Below, piece after piece: positions 16,592 to 26,088 of a stretch of 32,000 nt of DNA. The stretch comes from Polynucleobacter necessarius (GTDB taxonomy: Bacteria > Pseudomonadota > Gammaproteobacteria > Burkholderiales > Burkholderiaceae): contig NZ_LT606950.1 in NCBI RefSeq assembly GCF_900095195.1, positions 1,027,207 through 1,059,206 of the forward strand. Reading direction: 5' to 3'. Made by a program: the position numbers and the translations under genes. Under the pieces are notes generated by a model that had not been told where the DNA came from, did not search any database, and saw only the letters and a list, made by a program, of their open reading frames with translations. The first letter of the stretch is position 1. Every line of letters starts with the position of its first letter.

Positions 16592-17257
16592 ATGTTGCCC
16601 TGTATCGAACTCGAAACTCAACCAAACCCAAGCGCCGCGATCATTTGGCTCCATGGTCTTGGAGCCGATGGCAATGATTTTGTTCCGATTGTTCCTGAAC
16701 TCGATTTGACCAGATGCCCTGGTATTCGGTTTGTGTTTCCAAGCGCCCCGAGTATGCCGGTGATCGTTAATGGTGGCTACGTTATGCCCGCTTGGTACGA
16801 CATCATCGGCCGAAATCTGATGGATCAAGAGGATGCTACGGGCATTCATCGTTCGGCGCATGCTATTACCAAAATTATCGAGCGTGAAGCAAGTCGAGGC
16901 ATAGCTTATGACAATATTGTTTTAGCTGGCTTCTCACAAGGGTGTGCCATGGCATTGCAAATTGGCTTGCGTTTCCCGCACAAGCTAGCTGGCATCATCG
17001 CCCTTTCTGGGTACTTACCATTGGCAATGTCGCTCAATACCGAAAAACATTCTGCCAACCAAACGACTCCCATCTTTATGGCTCACGGAATGTATGATGC
17101 TGTCGTTATTCCAGAGCGAGCTGAAGCTTCATATGCGTTGCTTGAAAAAATGGGTTACGCAGTGAGTTGGAATGAATATCCCATGGAGCACTCTGTCAAT
17201 CGCGAAGAACTGATGGATATCTCACGCTTTATAAAAGCCGTGTTAATTCGCCCTTGA
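16592..17257 (+). CDS. Carboxylesterase/phospholipase family alpha/beta hydrolase (Abhydrolase_2)
   Basis: Intact 221 aa. It has IIWLHGLGADGNDF, the nucleophile elbow LAGFSQGCAMAL, and MAHGMYDAVV...H, giving a catalytic triad layout. Confidence 0.85.
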   Translation: MLPCIELETQPNPSAAIIWLHGLGADGNDFVPIVPELDLTRCPGIRFVFPSAPSMPVIVNGGYVMPAWYDIIGRNLMDQEDATGIHRSAHAITKIIEREASRGIAYDNIVLAGFSQGCAMALQIGLRFPHKLAGIIALSGYLPLAMSLNTEKHSANQTTPIFMAHGMYDAVVIPERAEASYALLEKMGYAVSWNEYPMEHSVNREELMDISRFIKAVLIRP

Positions 17258-17284
17258 GCAACTAAACGCCAATCATTCATGAAC

Positions 17285-17310
17285 ATTAAGGACCCGAAAG
17301 GGTCCTTAAT
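17285..17310. terminator. Bidirectional terminator hairpin between the convergent esterase and TRAP SBP genes
   Basis: ATTAAGGACCC-gaaa-GGGTCCTTAAT, a perfect 11-bp stem with a GNRA loop. Confidence 0.65.
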
Positions 17311-17327
17311 GGATAAATTGAAATGAA

Positions 17328-18422
17328 TTAGAGTTTCTTATTAAAACTGTATTGCGCAAACGCCTGTTCTGCCACCCCAAACCACTGCGCCTCCATATTT
17401 CTGAAGACACGGTAATCATCAAAAATTTTCTTGAACTGAGGATTTTTGGCGGACTCTTCTGCATAAGTTTCTTGGCTAACCTTAAAGCACGCATCCATGA
17501 TGGAAGAGTTGAACTTACGAAGCACTGCGCCGTTTTGCAATAAGCGCTGCAATGCTGGTGGATTTAGCGCATCATATTTTGCACACATATCAGTGTGTGC
17601 CTCAAAACAAGCAGACTCCCATCCCGCCCGATAAGAAGGAGGCAATGCATCCCATTGTTTTTTATTAACTAAAAAGGATAGGCCAGCAGCGCCTTCCCAA
17701 AATGCTGGGTAGTAGTAATTTTTCGCCACCTTTGCCAAACCCAATTTCTCATCATCATAGGGACCAACAAACTCAGCTGCATCAATTGCTCCCTTTTCTA
17801 ATGCTGAATATATTTCCCCAGCAGGTAGTTGCTGAGGTACTACACCCAGCTTTGCTAAAACCTGACCAGCAAAGCCAGCAATCCGGAACTTTAGCCCCTT
17901 CAAATCTTCTGGTGATTTAATTTCTTTACGAAACCAACCACCCATTTGAGTACCAGTTTGACCGCCCAAAAAATTCACGATGTTATAGCTAGCATAAAGT
18001 TCTCGCATTAGTTTCATACCATTGCCATGAAGCATCCAAGCAGACTGCTGGCGTGCGGTCATACCAAAGGGTGCGGCAGTATCAAAAATGAAGGCGCTAT
18101 TCTTTCCTAAATAGTAATAACTGGCGGTATGGCCGCATTCAACCGTACCAGTTTGAACTGCATCGAGCACTTGCAGGGCCGGAACCACTTCCCCCGCTGC
18201 AAACACTTTCACGTTAAATTTCCCATCGGTTGCCTTCCGAAGAGCATTAGCAAAAACTTCGGGTGTTCCGTAAAGGGTATCTAGCGATTTAGGAAAACTC
18301 GAAACTAAACGCCAATTTAATGTCGGTAAATTTTGCGCAATGGCGGGCGCTCCAATGCTAGCAACCCCGGTAGCAACGCCAACACCTGCGGTTGCCTTCT
18401 TGAGGAAAGAACGTCTTTGCAT
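17328..18422 (-). CDS. TRAP transporter solute-binding protein (DctP family, COG4663-like) with Tat-type signal
   Basis: The tracked ORF runs 17328-18479. I place the start at ATG 18422 because AAGGAG lies 6 nt upstream. The leader MQRRSFLKKATAGVGVATGVASIGAPAIA has a twin-arginine motif. The body (NWRLVSSFPKSLDTLYG...GGWFRKEI...) is typical DctP-type. No DctQ/DctM genes are adjacent. Confidence 0.85.
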   Translation of the reverse strand: MQRRSFLKKATAGVGVATGVASIGAPAIAQNLPTLNWRLVSSFPKSLDTLYGTPEVFANALRKATDGKFNVKVFAAGEVVPALQVLDAVQTGTVECGHTASYYYLGKNSAFIFDTAAPFGMTARQQSAWMLHGNGMKLMRELYASYNIVNFLGGQTGTQMGGWFRKEIKSPEDLKGLKFRIAGFAGQVLAKLGVVPQQLPAGEIYSALEKGAIDAAEFVGPYDDEKLGLAKVAKNYYYPAFWEGAAGLSFLVNKKQWDALPPSYRAGWESACFEAHTDMCAKYDALNPPALQRLLQNGAVLRKFNSSIMDACFKVSQETYAEESAKNPQFKKIFDDYRVFRNMEAQWFGVAEQAFAQYSFNKKL

Positions 18423-18465
18423 TTCCATCTCCTTTTTAATTGATGAATAGATTCTATAGGGCAAC

Positions 18466-19540
18466 TTATTTTTCGCCAACAGTCATCGAACAAATCAAAA
18501 TTGAACCCGTTTCTTTGGTTCCACGAATTAATGTATCGCTACTAATTAGCTCGATATCAAGAAGCATATCGCGCAAGTTGCCTGCAATAGTCACCTCCTC
18601 AACAGGATATTGAATTTCACCATTCTCAACCCAGTAGCCAAATGCACCCCGCGAGTAATCACTAGTCACATAATTTACGCCCTGACACATCGACGCGAGA
18701 ACCAATAATCCAGTGCCCATTTGTTTTGGTAGCGCAGGCAATCCACCCTTTGGTGTTTTTTTGCTCTGCAGTGTTAAATGATGGGAGCCACCCGCGTTGC
18801 CAGTAGTCTTCATCCCCAATTTGCGAGCAGAATACGTCGATAAAAAGTAGCCCTGCAATATTCCCTTATCCACTACAGTACGGGCCTGTGTTTTGACACC
18901 CTCCTCATCGAATGGCGCGTTACCCGTCATACCCACCTAACAAGCCGGCCGCCGGAGGCGCCTCAAATATAACAGGGCAACGTCGCGTAGAAAGAGATCT
19001 TGCTTTTAAGCGCGATAGGGCACGCTGGGCTGCATATATTCCGATGGCCGCTGGGTCAGCCAATTCGGCTGGCATGCGCGAACTGGAATACCAATCATCA
19101 CGTTGCATGTGCAATTTTTTTCCACCTTCACTGGCAATAGGCGCACAAGAAATGTAGTGACGCGAAAATGGATACCCGCCAATAAAGCCGTGCGAGGTGC
19201 CCATCATGAAATGGGCATGGTGAGCAGATACGGAAGCGCCATCGCTATTTTGAATTTGCTTGCTGACTGCAAAGGCAGCGGCGTCTACTGTCGCCTTAAG
19301 GGATGCTTTAGAAAAATCTCTTGTGCTGGCATTGCCACGTCGATGCCCTAAAAATACAGTCACCCCCACTTGCTTATCCAGACTTTGCTCAATCGTCTCG
19401 ACCTCGCCCTTGCGAACCGTGACGGAGAGGCCCTGCCCCTCTGAGACTTCCGCAACCGCATCTGTGGCACCCCGTCTTTTGGCCTCTTTGAGCATGAAAT
19501 CGATGATTTCTTGAAACTGACTACATGAATATGTAAACAT
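18466..19540 (-). pseudogene. pmbA: PmbA (TldE) metalloprotease, internally deleted and frameshifted
   Basis: Compared with the roughly 450-aa E. coli PmbA, the N-terminus (...GLSVTVRKGEVETIEQS...GVTVFLGHRRGNAS) jumps from ...KATVDAA to ...IQNSDGASVS, missing about 50 aa. After ...VIFEAPPAAGLLG, a further 45 aa or so are missing and the frame changes (about 18920-18940). The C-terminus is conserved (FDEEGVKTQ...LSTYSARKLGMKTTGNAGG...DYSRGAFGYWVENGEIQYPVEEVTIAGNL). Confidence 0.85.
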
Positions 19541-19566
19541 GACCTAATAATAGCTAGAATAGAAAC

Positions 19567-20191
19567 ATGAAGCATACTGAAGCCCTAAAACGCACCTCCC
19601 CAAATGAGATCAAAATTGGTTTAATCTCGATTTCCGATCGGGCCAGTAAAAGCGTTTATCAAGATGAGGGGATCCCAGCGCTCCAAACCTGGCTTATGAA
19701 AGCCATCAAAAATCCCTGCGCCTTTCATGAGCGCTTAATTGCCGATGAGCTTGAAACGATTACTGAATCCATAGTTGAGCTGGTAGATGACATGGGCTGT
19801 GATCTCGTCCTCACCACCGGGGGCACGGGGCCTTCAAGACGCGATGTGACGCCCGAAACAACCCTAGAGGCTGGCACTCGTGAAATGCCTGGTTTTGGCG
19901 AACAAATGCGCCAAATCAGCCCGCATTTTGTTCCGATCGCAATATTGTCTAGGCAAATAGCTTGTGCTCCGAGAAATCGAAGATCACGCAGCGCTAGTAA
20001 TCAATTTACCCGGCCAACCTAAGGCGATTGCAGAGACGCCGGAAGGCCTAAAAGATGAAAATGGTAAATCGATTGTGCCGGGTATTTTTGCCGCAGTACC
20101 CTATTGCATCGATTTAATTGGCGGATCCTATATCGAAACCAACGAGGAAGTAATTAAAGTGTTTCGACCGAAAAGTGCTATTAAGAAATAA
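19567..20191 (+). pseudogene. mog: Molybdopterin adenylyltransferase MogA, single frameshift
   Basis: IKIGLISISDRASKSVYQDEGIPAL...LVLTTGGTGPSRRDVTPE...EMPGFGEQMRQISPHFVPIAILSRQ is near-colinear with E. coli MogA. At about 19955-19965 the frame changes, and the remainder (LREIEDHAALVINLPGQPKAI...VPYCIDLIGGSYIETN...FRPKS) is in ORF 19964-20191. Confidence 0.85.
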
Positions 20192-20221
20192 GCTATTGCA
20201 GTGCCAATCTAGCATCTAGTA

Positions 20222-20821
20222 TTACGGTAGCGGAACAATAAATGTATCGCGGTAGTACTTCAACTCTTCAATCGATTCCTCGATATCTGCCGGAGCAGTG
20301 TGCGCCTGCTTTTTGATAAAGCCTTTGACCAACTCTGGATGCCAACGTTTACATAACTCTTTTAATGTAGAAACATCTACGTTTCGATAATGAAAGTAAG
20401 CCTCTAATTTTGGCATGTACTTAGCCATAAAGCGCCGATCCTGTCCGATCGTATTCCCACACATAGGTGCAATGCCTGCCTTAATGTATTTCTTCAGGAA
20501 AGCAATACATTCCGCCTCGACATCAGCCTCGGTCATGGTGGAGGCTTTCACCTTATCGATCAACCCAGATCGTCCATGAGTCCCCTTATTCCAAGCGTCC
20601 ATCGCATCCAAAATGGCATCGTCCTGATGCACCACCCAAACCGGAGCAATTGCAATCGTATTGAGATGAGCGTCCGTCACAATCATAGCTATCTCGAGGA
20701 TGCGTTCGGTTTCTGGATTTAGTCCAGACATCTCCATATCGACCCAGATTAAATGCTCGCTGGGTGATGCCGTTTTAGAGGGTGTTGTATTACTTTGTAC
20801 AGTACTCGTTTGTTCGCTCAT
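20222..20821 (-). CDS. orn: Oligoribonuclease
   Basis: Intact 199 aa. It has the DEDDh exonuclease motifs [13 protein letters not shown], ...[11 protein letters not shown]... and ...[11 protein letters not shown]. Confidence 0.9.
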   Translation of the reverse strand: MSEQTSTVQSNTTPSKTASPSEHLIWVDMEMSGLNPETERILEIAMIVTDAHLNTIAIAPVWVVHQDDAILDAMDAWNKGTHGRSGLIDKVKASTMTEADVEAECIAFLKKYIKAGIAPMCGNTIGQDRRFMAKYMPKLEAYFHYRNVDVSTLKELCKRWHPELVKGFIKKQAHTAPADIEESIEELKYYRDTFIVPLP

Positions 20822-20836
20822 AACTACAATGATCTC

Positions 20837-22087
20837 ATGACATTCACAATTATTTTCCTAATTGCCTTTATTAGCAGTTTTGGCCTGCGCCACTGGCTAT
20901 CCCTGCGCCAAATTCGGCATGTTGCCCAGCATCGAGATACGGTTCCAGCAGAATTTGCTAACAAAGTAACCTTAACCGAACACCAAAAGGCTGCCGACTA
21001 TACGATTGCTAAATTGCGTTTAGGTATCCCCGAAAATGGGGTCAGCGCCATCATTTTAATTGCCTTCACTTTGCTTGGCGGTTTACAGATTCTGAATCTA
21101 TTTCTTCTGCAATTATTCGGTGAGGGTGTTGCCCAACAAATAGCGCTATTAGTATCCGCCGTACTCATCTCCGGCGCCATTGATCTACCATTCTCTTGGT
21201 ACAAGCAATTCCACCTTGAGGAACGCTTTGGCTTTAATCGTATGAGTAAAAAGCTATTTTTCAGTGACATGATGAAAGGGATTGCCGTTGGTGGAGCAAT
21301 TGGTATCCCCCTTCTCTGGGTGATCCTGGCCTTGATGCTCAAAGCAGGTGACCTTTGGTGGATCTGGGCTTGGGCGGTGCTATCTTCTTTCAGCTTGTTG
21401 ATGCAGTGGATTTTCCCAACATTCATTGCCTCTTTGTTTAATAAGTTCGAAGCCTTAGAAGAGGGACCACTCAAAACGCAGATTGAAGCACTACTTGCAC
21501 GCTGTGATTTTGCCAGCCAAGGGTTATTCGTCATGGATGGCAGTAAACGTAGTGCTCACGGCAATGCATTTTTTGCCGGCATGGGCAAAGCCAAGCGCAT
21601 TGTATTTTTTGACACATTAATTGAAAAGCTCAATCCCGGTGAAGTTGAGGCTGTCCTTGCGCACGAACTTGGACACTTCAAGTGCAACCATATTCGCAAG
21701 CGCCTGCTGGTGTCATTCGCGTTGAGTTTTGGCATGTTTGCCCTACTCGGATGGGTTAGCACCCAATTTTGGTTCTATACCGATCTAGGTGTGATGCCGA
21801 ATTTGGACGGGTATAACGGTGGACTAGCATTGGCACTATTTATGTTGGTATCGCCTGTATTTAGCTTTTTCTTTACCCCCTTAAGTAGTCTTGCTTCTCG
21901 CAAGCATGAATATGAGGCAGATGGCTTTGCTGCACAAAAATCATCGGCACAAGATCTTATCTCTGCTCTAGTGAAGCTTTATCAAGATAACGCTTCAACA
22001 CTCACCCCGGATCCGATCTACACCGCTTTTTATAGTTCGCATCCTCCCGCGCCACTGCGAATTGCCAACTTGCAACGCCAAAGCTAG
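20837..22087 (+). CDS. M48-family zinc metallopeptidase (Ste24-like, with Peptidase_M48_N membrane domain)
   Basis: The tracked ORF starts at 20795 and overlaps orn. The likely start is ATG 20837 ([11 protein letters not shown]...). It has the [10 protein letters not shown] zinc motif, distal EYEADGFA, and multiple TM helices. Confidence 0.85.
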   Translation: MTFTIIFLIAFISSFGLRHWLSLRQIRHVAQHRDTVPAEFANKVTLTEHQKAADYTIAKLRLGIPENGVSAIILIAFTLLGGLQILNLFLLQLFGEGVAQQIALLVSAVLISGAIDLPFSWYKQFHLEERFGFNRMSKKLFFSDMMKGIAVGGAIGIPLLWVILALMLKAGDLWWIWAWAVLSSFSLLMQWIFPTFIASLFNKFEALEEGPLKTQIEALLARCDFASQGLFVMDGSKRSAHGNAFFAGMGKAKRIVFFDTLIEKLNPGEVEAVLAHELGHFKCNHIRKRLLVSFALSFGMFALLGWVSTQFWFYTDLGVMPNLDGYNGGLALALFMLVSPVFSFFFTPLSSLASRKHEYEADGFAAQKSSAQDLISALVKLYQDNASTLTPDPIYTAFYSSHPPAPLRIANLQRQS

Positions 22088-22369
22088 TCATCCCTCAATG
22101 GAAACGTTTCGCGTGCTACTGACCCGCCTCCTATGGAAGGCATTATCTAGCGCAACGTTTGGCATCAAACCATTGGGAAAATGAATCTCCGTGCCGGCCC
22201 ATTGATTCAAGTAAGCACCCCTGCTAAGCAACACATTGGTGCCGTGGGTGACCGCCTCCTCTTGGAAATGACCTCAGCAGATCAAGCCCGCATTATCGAG
22301 ATTGAACCCCGCGAAAATATTTTGTATCGTTCCGATGCGTTTAAAAGCAATATTATTGAATCGAATGTA

Positions 22370-22381
22370 GATCAAACTTGG
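22370..22381. repeat. Left arm of the imperfect inverted repeat bounding the rsgA inversion
   Basis: GATCAAACTTGG. The reverse complement of the right arm (22567-22579) is GATCAAATTTTGG. Confidence 0.75.
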
Positions 22382-22566
22382 CGAAACCTCGCTCACTGCG
22401 TAACCCATGCGAGCATAGGGTTCGATCATTTTACAAGCATGCTCTAAGTTGTCTTTGAGGGCACACTTATTGAGCAGAATGTGAAGGTCGATTTGGTTGA
22501 CTTCCGCTGCAACCACTGCCCTACCTAATAAGTCTGGTGAAAATGCTGGCTGCGTTGCTAGTACTA

Positions 22567-22579
22567 CCAAAATTTGATC
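22567..22579. repeat. Right arm of the imperfect inverted repeat bounding the rsgA inversion
   Basis: CCAAAATTTGATC, which is the reverse complement of GATCAAATTTTGG. It matches the left arm in 11 of 12-13 positions with one indel or mismatch. Confidence 0.75.
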
Positions 22580-23055
22580 ATGCCTCGATAGATGCTTTGC
22601 GCCCTATTTTGGCTGGAAAGGTATCTGTCTTTGTTGGTCAATCTGGCATGGGAAAATCTAGCCTGCTAAATGCTTGGGTGCCAAATGCCGCTGCACTGAC
22701 CCAAGAATATTCAGTGCGTCTGGATACGGGAAAACATACAACAACTGCGTGCCGCTATTTTGAATTACCAGAATCATGGGGACGTGGTGAAACAGGTAAA
22801 TTGGGTGCCCTCATTGACTCCCCGGATTCCAAGAATTTGGTTTGGCGCGTATGTCGGTCAGCGAGTTGCAGCATGCATTCCGAGAATTTAAGGATTTGCT
22901 CGGTAAATGTCGCTTTCATAATTGCGCGCATTTATCTGAACCCGATTGCGCAGTCCGCGATGCGGGCGAGCGAAATGAAATAGCGCCAGAAAGACTGGCG
23001 CTATTTAGACAACTGCGTTCTGATTCGAAAACAGCGGATATTCAAATACAGGGAA

Positions 23056-24015
23056 TTAGCCAAGCCAAAGAGCGATGGTCAGCATTAGCAACAAAGCCAT
23101 CCAAGCGATAACTAGGCGCCACACCAACCCTACTGCAGAACGCATCGTACGCTCAGTAGGCTCAAGACCCACCTCATACACCAAAGGTTCACCAGCCTCT
23201 GCCATATGTAAGGCCTCATCGCTATCAGGCTCGCTCAACGGCTCACCTAAACGTACACCTAGCGCACCACTGCCGGCAGCCAAAATGACCGCAGACAATG
23301 AGTCGGCCCATTTTTGCGTGAGATAACGCCATGCATATACAGCTCCCTCAAAATTACCCACAATGGCAAAGCCCATGGCGGTAATGCGTGATGGAATCCA
23401 ATCCAGTACGTAGAAGAAATGACGAGCCGCTTCACTCAAGTTGTAGTCACCGCGCTCAGACCAACGCTGAGCTGCAATATCCGCCAAACGATAGAGCGCG
23501 ACACCAGCAGGACCCATAGGCATCATGAACCAGAACAGGACACCAAATACATGGCGGTGCGAACCAATAATCGCACGCTCAAGCGCTAATGAAATCACTT
23601 CAGTCTCCGACAGATTGGTGGTATCCAACTCTGGGCCATACCATTCACCAAGTGCGGCACGGGCCGCAGACAGAACATGCGCTTCAATCGCTTCATGAAC
23701 CAAGGTAAACGAGTGACTAAATTGGCGAAAGCCAAAAAACAAATACGCAATCACTATGTTCCACAAGAACCCTAGAATGGGGTAAGTCACCATACAAGTG
23801 ACATACACGATGAATACCAAAAGGGTTGGTAATATAAATGCCACCAAGCAAGCCATTCGCGCACCGACTGGACTTGCACCCTCTTTAGTCTTGCCACCAA
23901 ATTCCGCGGCGACCCAATCCAACCAGCGGGCACTTAAACGTGCGATCAAATGGTTTGAGGTTACTGGGCGATATTGCTCAGCAATGAGGGCGAAGAGAAT
24001 AGAGAAGAAAGTCAT
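23056..24015 (-). CDS. CobD/CbiB-family (AmpE-like) integral membrane protein
   Basis: Intact 319 aa. MTFFSILFALIAEQYRP... and ...IIGSHRHVFGVLFWFMMPMGPAGVALYRLA...DWIPSRITA match the Burkholderiales CobD/CbiB-family protein usually found next to the CoA pyrophosphatase gene. Its start overlaps the upstream stop (ATGA at 24012-24015). Confidence 0.7.
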   Translation of the reverse strand: MTFFSILFALIAEQYRPVTSNHLIARLSARWLDWVAAEFGGKTKEGASPVGARMACLVAFILPTLLVFIVYVTCMVTYPILGFLWNIVIAYLFFGFRQFSHSFTLVHEAIEAHVLSAARAALGEWYGPELDTTNLSETEVISLALERAIIGSHRHVFGVLFWFMMPMGPAGVALYRLADIAAQRWSERGDYNLSEAARHFFYVLDWIPSRITAMGFAIVGNFEGAVYAWRYLTQKWADSLSAVILAAGSGALGVRLGEPLSEPDSDEALHMAEAGEPLVYEVGLEPTERTMRSAVGLVWRLVIAWMALLLMLTIALWLG

Positions 24016-24755
24016 ACTTTTAATAAATGATAAAGGTTACGCAACATACCCGCTGTAGCACCCCAAATAAAGCGGTTTTCATAAGGCATGGAATAAAAAC
24101 GGCAACCACCTTGTTCGCTTTGCCACAGTCTAACCTGATGGTTAGCGGGATCCAACAAAAAATGGAGTGGCACTTCAAATACATCCGCCACCTCAAAGGC
24201 ATCCAAGGCATATTCTGCCTGAGGCTGCACCAATCCGACAACTGGCGTAACGCTATAACCGGAAACGGTGAGGTATTCAGGGAGATTGCCAATAATCTCA
24301 ACCAGCTTAGGGTCCAAACCAACTTCCTCCCAACTTTCCCGCAATGCAGTATCTTCTGGAGACAAATCTTCTGGATCCATTCGGCCACCCGGAAAACTAA
24401 TCTGCCCAGCATGGTCCCGCAAATGGTTGGTTCGCTGCGTCAGCAATACTGAAAGCCCAGCCTGTTTTAATAACAACGGTATCAGCACTGCTGCACGCGT
24501 CACCTTTCCGGCGGCCTGACGCTTGGCAATAATATCCGTCGCAATCACGTGACGATTCTCATCCGTAATCTCGGGCTCCCACGGAGGTGGGTTTTGTAAG
24601 CGTTCTTTTAATGCCTGTGGATCTAAAAACTTTGGGGATACCTTTTGATCATGAGTGCAAACCTGATGCACTGGAATCGCTTGTGCATCAAACCCAGGAG
24701 GCGCAGCAACATCGAGCGCGTCTTCTCCTGGCTTCGGGGTCTTATGCATAGTCAT
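24012..24755 (-). CDS. Nudix hydrolase, CoA pyrophosphatase (NudL-like)
   Basis: Intact 247 aa. It has the Nudix box GQISFPGGRMDPEDLSPEDTALRESWEEVGL and an upstream AAVLIPL...LLTQR motif typical of CoA pyrophosphatases. Confidence 0.85.
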   Translation of the reverse strand: MTMHKTPKPGEDALDVAAPPGFDAQAIPVHQVCTHDQKVSPKFLDPQALKERLQNPPPWEPEITDENRHVIATDIIAKRQAAGKVTRAAVLIPLLLKQAGLSVLLTQRTNHLRDHAGQISFPGGRMDPEDLSPEDTALRESWEEVGLDPKLVEIIGNLPEYLTVSGYSVTPVVGLVQPQAEYALDAFEVADVFEVPLHFLLDPANHQVRLWQSEQGGCRFYSMPYENRFIWGATAGMLRNLYHLLKV

Positions 24756-24770
24756 ATTCTAAGGCAGCAA

Positions 24771-24793
24771 AAAAGGCGACCGAGGCCGCCTTT
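24771..24793 (-). terminator. Rho-independent terminator after rplS
   Basis: On the minus strand: AAAGGCGGCC-tc-GGTCGCCTTTTTT, a GC-rich hairpin plus a T run, 19 nt downstream of the rplS stop. Confidence 0.65.
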
Positions 24794-24811
24794 GATGTGA
24801 GCAGCAAATAA

Positions 24812-25204
24812 TTACTCTGCAGCTGTAGTAGCCACTTTGTTACGTGCTTGCAACTTTTCTTTAATACGTGCTGACTTACCAGAACGATCGCGCAAGTAGT
24901 ACAACTTAGCACGACGCACATCACCGCGACGCTTCACTCCAACGCTAGCAATCAATGGTGAGTGGGTCTGAAAAGTACGCTCAACGCCTTCGCCAGAAGA
25001 AATCTTACGCACGATAAAGCTGGAATTGAGTCCGCGATTACGCTTAGCAATCACAACGCCTTCAAAGGCTTGGGTACGCTTACGGGTACCTTCAACAACG
25101 TTTACGCTAACAATTACTGTGTCACCAGGCGCAAAGCTTGGCAATGTTTTGTTAGCACTTAAGCGAGCAATTTCTTCTTGCTCAATTTTTGCAATTAAAT
25201 TCAT
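24812..25204 (-). CDS. rplS: 50S ribosomal protein L19
   Basis: [12 protein letters not shown]...[46 protein letters not shown]... The start is taken at ATG 25204 (AAGGA lies 8 nt upstream) rather than the tracked 25222. Confidence 0.95.
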   Translation of the reverse strand: MNLIAKIEQEEIARLSANKTLPSFAPGDTVIVSVNVVEGTRKRTQAFEGVVIAKRNRGLNSSFIVRKISSGEGVERTFQTHSPLIASVGVKRRGDVRRAKLYYLRDRSGKSARIKEKLQARNKVATTAAE

Positions 25205-25315
25205 TTTTAAATCCTTAAACATCGTATTAGCGTTTTATCCCGTGGCATCAATCCACGGACCTAACAGAGGATGCAGTTAAAACTCTTTCACTAAACCAAA
25301 AACAAAACGACTTAT

Positions 25316-26062
25316 TCACAAAGAGCGAAGAAATTGTTCATCTTCTCGGGTTAGCAACCCATTGGCCCTGGCCGATTCAATTAAATCTGGCCGTAACCTT
25401 AGCGTCAGCTCTAAAGACTTCTGCCGACGCCAATCTGCCATTTTAGCGTGATGTCCACCCAAAAGCACGTCCGGCACCGATAAATTTTCGTAAACCTCAG
25501 GCCTGGTGTAGTGCGGATAGTCCAAAAGACCGTTCATAAAGCTATCCTGGGCGGCCGACTCCCCATCCCCCAAAGCCCCCGGAATTAGCCTAATAACGGC
25601 ATCCATGATGGCCATAGCAGGGATTTCACCCCCTGAAAGCACGAAATCCCCAATCGATATCTGCATATCGACGTTTCGTTCGACAAAGCGTTGGTCTATT
25701 GCCTCATATCGACCACAAACAAAGGTTAAATTTCCCAATTTCAGGATATCCGAAGCTATTTTTTGGGAAAAACGCTCACCTTGGGGGGATAACAAACAAA
25801 CGGGGCCAGACTCAATTCCAGCATCCCGATGGGCGGCCTTAATGCCTGCAACAGTATCGTCAAGGGGCTTTGCCATCATCACCATGCCAGGACCGCCGCC
25901 ATAAGCACGATCATCCACCGTCTTGCGCGAATCCCGACAAAAATCTCGCGGATTCCACAATTGAACACTGGCCAAAGATTGCTCGCAAGCGCGACCCGTC
26001 ACACCCCATTGGGTGAGTGCAGAGAACATCTCTGGAAAAAGGGTGACGACGTCAAAGCGCAT
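25316..26062 (-). CDS. trmD: tRNA (guanine37-N1)-methyltransferase
   Basis: Intact 248 aa. MRFDVVTLFPEMF..., ...DDRAYGGGPGMVM..., ...CGRYEAIDQRF... and SIGDFVLSGGE are classic TrmD motifs. Confidence 0.95.
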   Translation of the reverse strand: MRFDVVTLFPEMFSALTQWGVTGRACEQSLASVQLWNPRDFCRDSRKTVDDRAYGGGPGMVMMAKPLDDTVAGIKAAHRDAGIESGPVCLLSPQGERFSQKIASDILKLGNLTFVCGRYEAIDQRFVERNVDMQISIGDFVLSGGEIPAMAIMDAVIRLIPGALGDGESAAQDSFMNGLLDYPHYTRPEVYENLSVPDVLLGGHHAKMADWRRQKSLELTLRLRPDLIESARANGLLTREDEQFLRSL

Positions 26063-26088
26063 ATTGATACTCAGTCATGAATGGTGGT

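Larger units (their letters stand above)
22098..23111 (+). pseudogene. rsgA: Ribosome small-subunit-dependent GTPase RsgA, heavily disrupted (frameshifts plus an internal inversion)
   Basis: N-terminal pieces lie in at least two frames (ASYGRHYL..., then AVGDRLLLE...IIEIEPRENILYRSDAFKSNIIESNVDQ). The next block of about 63 aa (LVVLATQPAFSPDLLGRAVVAAEVNQIDLHILLNKCALKDNLEHACKMIEPYARMGYAVSEVS) is encoded on the minus strand (22575 down to 22385). The plus strand then resumes with KFDHASIDALRPILAGKVSVFVGQSGMGKSSLLN...GKHTTT...ALIDS. A 1-nt frameshift occurs at a C4 run (22820-22823). The remainder is PGFQEFGLARMSVSELQHAFREF...CRFHNCAHLSEPDCAV. Confidence 0.9.

Noticed and set aside
20998-21534. 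Long antisense ORFs inside well-supported genes: 20998-21534 opposite the M48 peptidase, 7299-7784 opposite queG, 24020-24452 on both strands within the Nudix gene, 25605-25904 and 25829-26080 opposite trmD, 9921-10250 opposite amiC, and 28295-side shadows.
   Set aside because: Their composition looks like shadow frames (Arg/Ser/Pro/Cys-rich, no recognisable motifs). They fully overlap genes that have strong family signatures.
22274-22570. Minus-strand ORF of 98 aa that could be annotated as an independent hypothetical gene antisense to rsgA.
   Set aside because: Its translation is the missing middle section of RsgA (PAFSPDLLGRAVVAAE...LLNKCAL...YARMGYAVSEVS). It is the inverted part of the rsgA pseudogene, not a separate gene.
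23056-23111. A 56-nt convergent overlap between the rsgA tail and the CobD/CbiB-like gene, considered as a possible antisense regulatory arrangement.
   Set aside because: rsgA is a multi-lesion pseudogene. The extended tail (...SDSKTADIQIQGISQAKERWSALATKPSKR) may simply reflect frame drift or loss of the original stop, so no functional inference is justified.
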